The notes below the pieces were generated by a model that saw nothing but the letters and a program-made list of their open reading frames with translations, was not told where the DNA came from and did not search any database. Positions 56,168-64,000 of a stretch of DNA of 64,000 bases are shown piece after piece. Origin of the DNA: the human T2T-CHM13v2.0 reference genome, Homo sapiens; the NCBI RefSeq assembly GCF_009914755.1, contig NC_060930.1, one strand, 5' to 3'. Numbering within the stretch: the first letter of the stretch is position 1; every line of letters begins with the position of its first letter. Made by a program: the position numbers and the translations under genes.

Positions 56168-58225
56168 AGAAAAACAAATAAAAGACCTACCGGTTGAAAA
56201 GGAAGAAATAGGACTGTCTTTATTCACAGACAACATGATTACTTACATAGAAGGATATACAAAGAGGCTCCTAGAACCAATAAGTTTAACAAGGCTGCAG
56301 AATCCAAAGATGTTAAATACATACATAAACGGATGCAGACTATAAGAATACTAAAACCAATTGAATTTCTATATACCAACAATGAACAGTTGGAAATTTA
56401 AAATTTTAAAGTATAATTTATAGTAACACAACTAAAAAACATGAAATAGGTATAAATCTAAAAATAATCTGTGCAGGATCTGCATGTTGACAACTACAAA
56501 ATACTGATGAAAGAAAGAAATCAAGGAGAACCTAAATAAAAAGAGATATACACCATGTTCATGGATTGAAAGATTCAATATTGTAAAGATGTCAATTCTT
56601 CCCAAAGTGATCTATAGATTTAACATAATCACAAGCAAAATCCCCAAAGGATTTTTTAATGGATATCAACAACCTGATTTATGTGGAAAGCCAAAGAAAC
56701 TAGAACAATTTTGAAAAAGAACAAATTTGAAGAAGTGATACTAACTGATCTCAAAACTTAGTATAAAGCTATAGTTATCAAGACAGTGTGGTATTATTGG
56801 TAAGCAGAGAGACACATGGATCAGTGAAACAGAATAGAGAGCTCACAAATAAATCCACAAATATAAGGTCAATTGATATTTGACCAAGGCACAAAGGCAA
56901 TGCAATGAAGAAATGATAGTCTTTTCAATAAATGGTACTGGAAAAATTGGATATTCATACATAAAATACGCATCTCAATCTACATCATTCACATTACACA
57001 AAAATCAAAGTGTAAAGTACACCTAAATAAATATAGAACTGAAAATTATAAAACTTCTAAAAGAAAACATAAAAGAAAATCTTTGTGACCTAGGGTTAGG
57101 CAAAATTTCTTAGAAATGACACCAAAAACATGATTCATAAAATAAAAAACTGATAAACTGCATCAAAATTTAAAACTTATGCTCTCTAAATATATTGTTA
57201 AGAGAATGAAAAGACAAAGCATAGATTATAATAAAATATTTGCAAATCACATATCTGACAGAGAATTTGTACCAGAACACATGAAAAAAATCTTAAAACT
57301 CAGTAAGAAACAAACAACTAAATTTAAAAAATGGGCAAAAGATTTGAACAGACACTTTACCAAAGAAGCTATATAGATGACAAATAAGCAAATAAAAATA
57401 CTGTATGTTCAAAATCATTTTAGTCATTAGGAAAATGCAAATTAAAATCACACTGAGATACTATATATACCTATTAGAATGTCTAAAATAAAATATATTG
57501 ACAATATCAAAGTGTTGACAACAATGCAAGGCAACTGAACTCTCATATATTGCTAGTGGAAATGTAAAATTGTATAACCATGTTGGAAAACAGTTTGGCA
57601 GTTTCTTTATAAAGTCAAACATACATTTACCATAAGAGCCGGCAATTTTACTCCTAGATATTTTACCCAAGATAAATGAAAACATTTGTTCACACAGAAA
57701 CTTGAATAAAAATGTTTACAGTATATTTATTTGTGACCATCCAAAACTGGGAATAACTTAAATGCCCTTCAAATGGTGAATAAACACATTGCAGTATAGC
57801 CATAAAATGAAATACTACTCAGGAATAAGAACTATTAGTAAACTATTGATAAATACAACAATATGGTTGAATTCCAAATGCTTTGAGCTGAACTGAAGAA
57901 GCTTGACTTTAAAAGCTATAGAGTATGTGATTCCATTTACATGACATACTGGAAAACGCAAAACTATATCAACAGAAAGCAGACTAAGATTTAGGAGTGG
58001 GGAAAGCAATTTATTACAAAGGGGTTGTCATGTGGGGCTCTTTTTTAATGGCGGTGGTGGGGGCTGGTGATGGAACTATTTTGTCTTGATTCTAGTAGTG
58101 GCTCTATGCCTATATGCACTTGTCTAAGCTCAAACACCAAAAGGAGTGAATTACTGTATGTAGAAGGTGAATAAAAACAAAAATAATACAAAAAAAACAA
58201 GAAACAGGTCAGTTAAAAAAAAAGT
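56168..58225 (+). mobile_element. Old L1M LINE (ORF2 3' part plus 3'UTR), antisense to RNGTT, inserted in L2 sequence
   Basis: ORF2-like peptides (LSLFTDNMITYIE; KIFANHISD...KWAKDLNRHFTKE) and an A-rich tail at ~58170-58225; L2-like text on both sides. Confidence 0.85.
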
Positions 58226-58409
58226 AATTTCAATCACGTCATCCTTGTCAGTGGCTTCCCATTACAAAGCACTAAATGACATAGCCCTGCTTATTTTTCT
58301 AGCTCTAATAAATTGTCTTAGTGTACCCTACATGTTTCATTTACATTATCTATCATTGTAAGTTATTTGTTGATTATTGATTTGTCAATCCACTGGTTAA
58401 TAATTATGG

Positions 58410-58760
58410 AATACTAACTAGATGTAGAGTACTGTTCTAAGGGTTCTGCATTATTTATTTAATGCTCACAACAACCCTATGAAGTAGGTATTAATATCCC
58501 CATTTCACAGAGGGAAACAGAGGCATAGAGGAGTTATATAATTTGATCAGGGGTTAATAGACAGTAAATGGTGAAGAAGCATATTGTATCCCTACTAAGT
58601 AAAACAGTATCTAATTTAATCTGTACAAGAGTCCAGTGAGATACGCAGATGTAGAAGCTGAAGCCAGAGAGTTTAAGTAATTTGCATGAGGATACAGAGC
58701 TGATTTGTTTTATTAACAAAATTTGAATTCTAGGTCTTCATGAATCAAAAATCTATGTCC
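58410..58760 (-). mobile_element. MIR fragments (two adjacent)
   Basis: ctcacaacaaccctatgaagtaggtatt...cccatttcacagagggaaacagaggc and gaagccagagagtttaagtaatttgc. Confidence 0.7.
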
Positions 58761-61700
58761 TTCTTTCCGCTAAGAATCTAGGCTCTAGGGTGAGAAAATA
58801 TTAAAGGAGGAAAAGGTAGACTACACTTATGGACAATTTTACCTCTTGAGTATTTAAGTATTTAAAACAGTAATTTATGTAATTATTTCCAAGGATTACA
58901 TTTCACTTGGAAGAGTCTAAAGGTGGGAGACAAAGTGATATATGACTGATGAGGGCAGAAGGGCATAATACATTGGCTTGAACCCAGCACAGTATCTGCT
59001 AAAGTTTCTTTCTCTTCACTTCCCAAATGCACGTCATTCTGACTGCATCATCTCTGCTGTTTGCTATTCTAATTGCAGCACAAACCACAAATCACAGCAA
59101 ATTGCAGAATTTCTCAATCATTAAGAATTTACAATAGGTTAATTTTTAAATGGGCTGCATTTCACAGCTGCAAAGCTTTTGTCTGATTTCTAGACTAAAT
59201 GAGAAGCCATTATTGGGTTGAATGACCTTTCTATAGGCATAACTAGCAAAAATAAGAAGTCACATGGACAAAACAAGCAGCTCTGCCAGGTAAGGTGAGG
59301 TAGTGGTAATGACTTACTAAACAGAGTGCCAAACTCTACGGCATAATATATTGGTTCTCTGTTTAGTACTAATACCAAGCATGATGAGAATTATAAGCAG
59401 ATCATGGATTCAATACATGCTTGGGATAATAAAATCGATATACAACCAAGGAAAGCTTTAACATCCACCATTAACATGAGGAGGAGGCTAAAAAATGCAA
59501 TATGCATGTCTAACACTTTTTTCTTTATAGTTATACATACAATGACTGGCTTATTTGATGTTGCCCATTTTTTAAGATGTCTGTTACACAACTAATGCAA
59601 ATATTTCATAAAGTATATTTTTCACATTGAATTTAATAAATGGTCTACCTACTTCTGGCAGTAACAAATAACTAAGTTTATTTTAATGATTATTAAATAT
59701 CCATGTTTAACAAAGTTCACAATGTATTAGACCTAATAATATTTGAACTAGGCAATTCATTAAGATGTCAATGTATAGTTCAGATTACTTCAAGGAGTCC
59801 TTACATTTACTTTCAAGGACATGCTAACAATTTGGATCCAATAGTGTTCTCTTTTTTTATCATTCTTTTAGAAATGTGTGCTGGTTACATATAACTATCT
59901 CCTTTCTCACCCATTTTAAACTCAACTATTCACCTCTGCCTTTCTTACAGGACAGAGAGACCTCAAGAGAACTGTCCTCTGGATAGATCTAATGTGGTTA
60001 TGTGGGAGTAAACCAAAATGCTGAAAAAATAAATAAAGATTCCCTTCTTATTCAGCCTGTCACTTAGAACACCAACAATAATGTTGAGGTTTTCTCCTTT
60101 TAATCTTCTAAACTCTTTCTCCTTTAAAATCACTCAATTTGCCTTAGTGGCACTTACAGGCACCGAAGACCACAGACTCACACAGCCTTGAACCATTAGA
60201 CTAAAAACACAGAACTCTTTAGTTTAGCAAAAAATGTTCTCGTGGTGATCTGGACTCACCTGAGCAAACAAACTTCTAGGATTCCTTTCTTACAAGTCTG
60301 TACCTCAAGTCAATGCAAAGTCTCACTGAGACCTTCTGACCAACTGTAACTTGCAGCTATAACCTGCCTTTGATATGTCCAATTGGGTATTTTACTGTTT
60401 GCCATGCATAGATCATTGCAATTTTATATATGCTTTCTCAACAACTATATTTCTTCTACTTTGAGAAAGAAATCTTGAAGTTATTGACAAAGGCATTACG
60501 TAAGTACAGAGTGATAATCACATTGCTCAGAGCCCTAGAGTTTCATTTTGTGTCTCTATGCACTCCTTGAAAAACATTCATGATGGATTTATTTAAATTT
60601 TCCTCATCAGCTCCAGGTATAGCGGCTATTTAAAAAGCCACTCAGAAAATGTTGAAAATCTGAAAATGATTACAATAAATTATCTGCATCAAGTATCACA
60701 TTCCCTAAATATCTTCTCCCCTAAAACCCAAAAACACCACAATAACTTCTCTCTGATAAACATTTTAGAGCTGAAACTCCAAGCAGGAAACTTTAAAATC
60801 ATCAAATAAAACCCTTTTATTCTGAAATATTCAAGTACTAAAGTGCCCTCCCCAATTATCTGTATTAATTGGTGTGTATGTGTGAACATTCACATATTGG
60901 GGTGTTATAAAACCAGAGGAAATAGCAAATTCATTACTTTGGTAACTTGTACTCAAAATTAATTTAAGGTTTATAGCCAATATATTTATATTCATCATAG
61001 ATATTTACTTTTTAAATTATTGACTAAGATTTTTTCCTTCATAGGGAAAGGAAGGGGAGAGACTAACATTTATTAACTACCTGTGATGTAGCTGAGCACT
61101 TTACATACACTGTTATCCTTTTTATAATAATGAGGAAATTAAGAATGAGAATATTTAAATAGTTTCTTCAAGACAGCATTTGGATCTAGAGCTCTACATC
61201 GCACTACCTCTTGGTACTAACTGGGAAATTCAACACACTAGAGGAAAAGGAAAATTTTATTATTGTTTACTCCAAATCAAGAAATGACTAACAGTTAAAG
61301 AGCTAAGGGAGTTCAGCTAATGGAGCATCCTTTGCAGTCACCATAAACTAAAGGAGAGACATGTGAACTCTCATAGGTCATGCTGAGTTTAATGTAATAT
61401 AATCTTCTAGAATAGAAATAAGAAACATAGGCTGCATGTGAAGAAAAAAAATCCCAAAACCATGAGCCTCAAGTGCCATGTGTTGGTCAATACTAGTTTG
61501 GAGAAAAGGGGTCTGGAAAGAAGATAGGACAAACAAAGTAGGAGAAATCTCAAAAGTGGGTAGGGAAAAGGTGTGGACAAGAAGACGAAGAAAGTTCTAA
61601 GTGTCCTAAACTGGGTCTGTGAAATGGGGATTAAGTGCAATTCGGTTGAGTAATATACAAAAATTTTACTGATTTATCAGCATTATTTACATTTTTAGCA

Positions 61701-64000
61701 GGCTCCAGTGATTAAAACAGTCTTTTCCGTTCTGGCAACTGGTTTACCGGCTTTCACTTTCAAAGATGCAGGGGGAAAAAAGATGCAAACATAAAATTCA
61801 GCCTGCAGGTAAAATACGTGCTATTATCTAAAGATTTCTACATTTAGAAGTATCTGATTGCCTGATCTTTGGGAGATCAGAATTTTCACAATTCACGTTC
61901 TTAAAGATTACATTTGGAATCACATTAAATTTCTCATTTTGTTCCCTCCTTCCCCACTTCCTATATTTCCTTAGGTTTCTGTTCTACAGTTGTTCCAGTG
62001 AGGGTAAGGAGAATGTGTTCTAGTGGGAATAAAGAAAAAAAACAAAATTACGCAGGCAAAGAAAAAAGTTGTACATTTTTGGACGTTCACCACTCAACTG
62101 CTCTTAGCAAGTTTTCAGAGGATCTATTCTAAATTAGGTAGCTGTGGTTACCACTATTTTCTGGAAAGTTGTTTTCTGGGTATATGAAATTAAGTCTGAG
62201 GATAATTAAGGTAGGTAGCTTTTCATCTTTTCTCTAGAAAGTAACTAGCACAATCTTGGTGCTTAATGAAATTATATATCAGGTAAATGATATGCTTGCC
62301 AGGAATGCTTTCAAGTGGTGAGTATTTTACAGGATATTCTCACACTAGCATGCCTCCTTCTAATCTTGATTAAGTCAGCTCAACTCCCTGACTATAAGAA
62401 ATCACCATGTGAGTCTTTGAAGAATGCGCCCCCTACCAATGCCATGCTGTGCCTACGCTAACCTTTAAGCAAGTACACCGGCAACCCTGAGTTCCTGTGG
62501 TTTCCACTGTGGTAGACTGTTGGGCCAGTAGCACACTTGCTATATGAGGGTCTGCTACAGTAAAACGACAATGCAGGAAGGATGTTTGTTTTGGGGGTTT
62601 ATTCAAAATTGGAGAAAACTATGGAATGGTGAAAAGTAACAAGCCAAAGACTCATTATTTGCTTTGTCTGCCAGCTGCCAGCTGCCAAAGAAGACACAGT
62701 GGATCGCCTCCTGGTACTGTTCTGTGCCCAGAGGCTCCAAATTAGCACTGTTTTAACTGTCTTGCCACCACACTTCAGATGTTATCACTATCATTTCCAT
62801 TTTTGCTTTTGGAATATTCCAGGGACCACAGTCCTTCAAATCCTACCATCTAATTGGTGCTAAATTTGCATATAGTCATGCTTCCTCCACTCTGGTGTAA
62901 AATGGATATTCTAGTCCTCTTCTGTAAGCTCCGTGTTTTAACTATCACACAGCCTGGAGTTTCACTAGTAGATAAATGTTGAGTAGGCCCACTGCAAAGC
63001 TTACTGATGGCAGAGCAAATAGCTGAATTTAACCTTAAATTAATCCTGATATATGAGCTCTGAGTTAAACAGCTCTGAGTTAAACAGGCCAAGCAATAGT
63101 TCAGCAAGTCGGTGGGGAGGGGGTGACAGAATGAACATCTGAGACTTTTTTTTTTTTAACTTTAATCCGACATGATAAAGGCAAAGTAACTCATTCTTAG
63201 TTACATTTCCTTCTGTGAATTTTGTTTTTTAGTAACTTGTTTTTTTGCTTAAATATTTTTTTAGAAATCAAAACCCAACAATGAGAACAATTATGTTAAT
63301 AATGCCAGGAAATTTGTTTGCTTTGTTAAATTGAGCTTCAAAAGCACTTCAATTGAACATACATTTGTGATTGCAAGTAATGTCTATTCTTATATCCATT
63401 TAAAATGTTTACTTTATTACAGCTTATTATAAATGTGAAGTCTAAAATGCAGCACCATGGCTGCTCAATTTCCAGGCCACAATTTTATGATAATCATATG
63501 AAATGTATTCATGTGTCAACAGAACTGCCTAACAATGCCCCAAATGGAGTTGTTAGCAGCTCTGTCTTTCTGATGGCCACACAGTTCTGTGCCTCATAAC
63601 ATTAAGAAACTGCTACAAACGAAAAGTTCTTTGACAATTTTAACTTAGTTTGTAGCATGTACTATGTTGCTACATACAGCTCAGTTTAATTGCTACTGTC
63701 TCAGAGATCTCCTACAGGAAAACTGACCTTAAACATATGAATGAGATAAATGGGCTGTTACTTTTTATATGGCTGGATTGTCTTTTTAGGTAGTCTTTAC
63801 ACCAAAGGGGTTGAGACTGCAGAATCCCTCTGGTATTTGATGTTCCCTACTGCATGCAGTGGTGAAAAGGTACCTGGAAGATGCCTTCTATCACCTTGAC
63901 ATCTCACAAAGGAGTAAGGGAGCACTTATATGCAGATCCGATAAATGGAAATGAATAAAGGCTCTAGAGGTGTCCCTCCCTCCCTCTCATGACTTCCTCG

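Noticed and set aside
60938-60949. Third occurrence of tttggtaacttg from the duplicated unit
   Set aside because: Only 12 bp with unrelated flanks; expected by chance in 64 kb.
62425-62440. CTCF-like gcgccccctac (also ccaccagaggcac at ~32217)
   Set aside because: Only partial matches; key consensus positions or spacing are missing.

Overview
Primate (very probably human) genomic DNA containing the 3' end of RNGTT (mRNA capping enzyme, known to lie at 6q15) on the minus strand. Present are the penultimate coding exon (46703-46826), the last coding exon (45150-45313), a ~2.5-2.8 kb 3'UTR with two AATAAA sites (42720-42725, 42341-42346), and >17 kb of AT-rich upstream intron running off the right edge. 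Everything left of ~42.3 kb is intergenic and repeat-rich. It includes a two-LTR MaLR (MSTA/THE1-type) element, a ~7 kb decayed L1M with nested Alus, solo LTRs (MLT1A, THE1, MST, MER4E, LTR33), L2/MIR/CR1 relics, MER3, and a young L1PA2-type insertion with a perfect TSD. Apart from the RNGTT exons, no ORF in the track looks like a real gene. I cannot support a new gene system here. The most unusual unexplained structures are (i) a ~73-bp non-TE-looking segment duplicated 1.57 kb apart and carrying an NFI-like site, (ii) a templated-insertion scar with a tandem duplication plus a perfect 18-bp hairpin at ~14.9 kb, and (iii) several candidate enhancers. Repeat subfamily names are from recalled consensus sequences, not from a database search.
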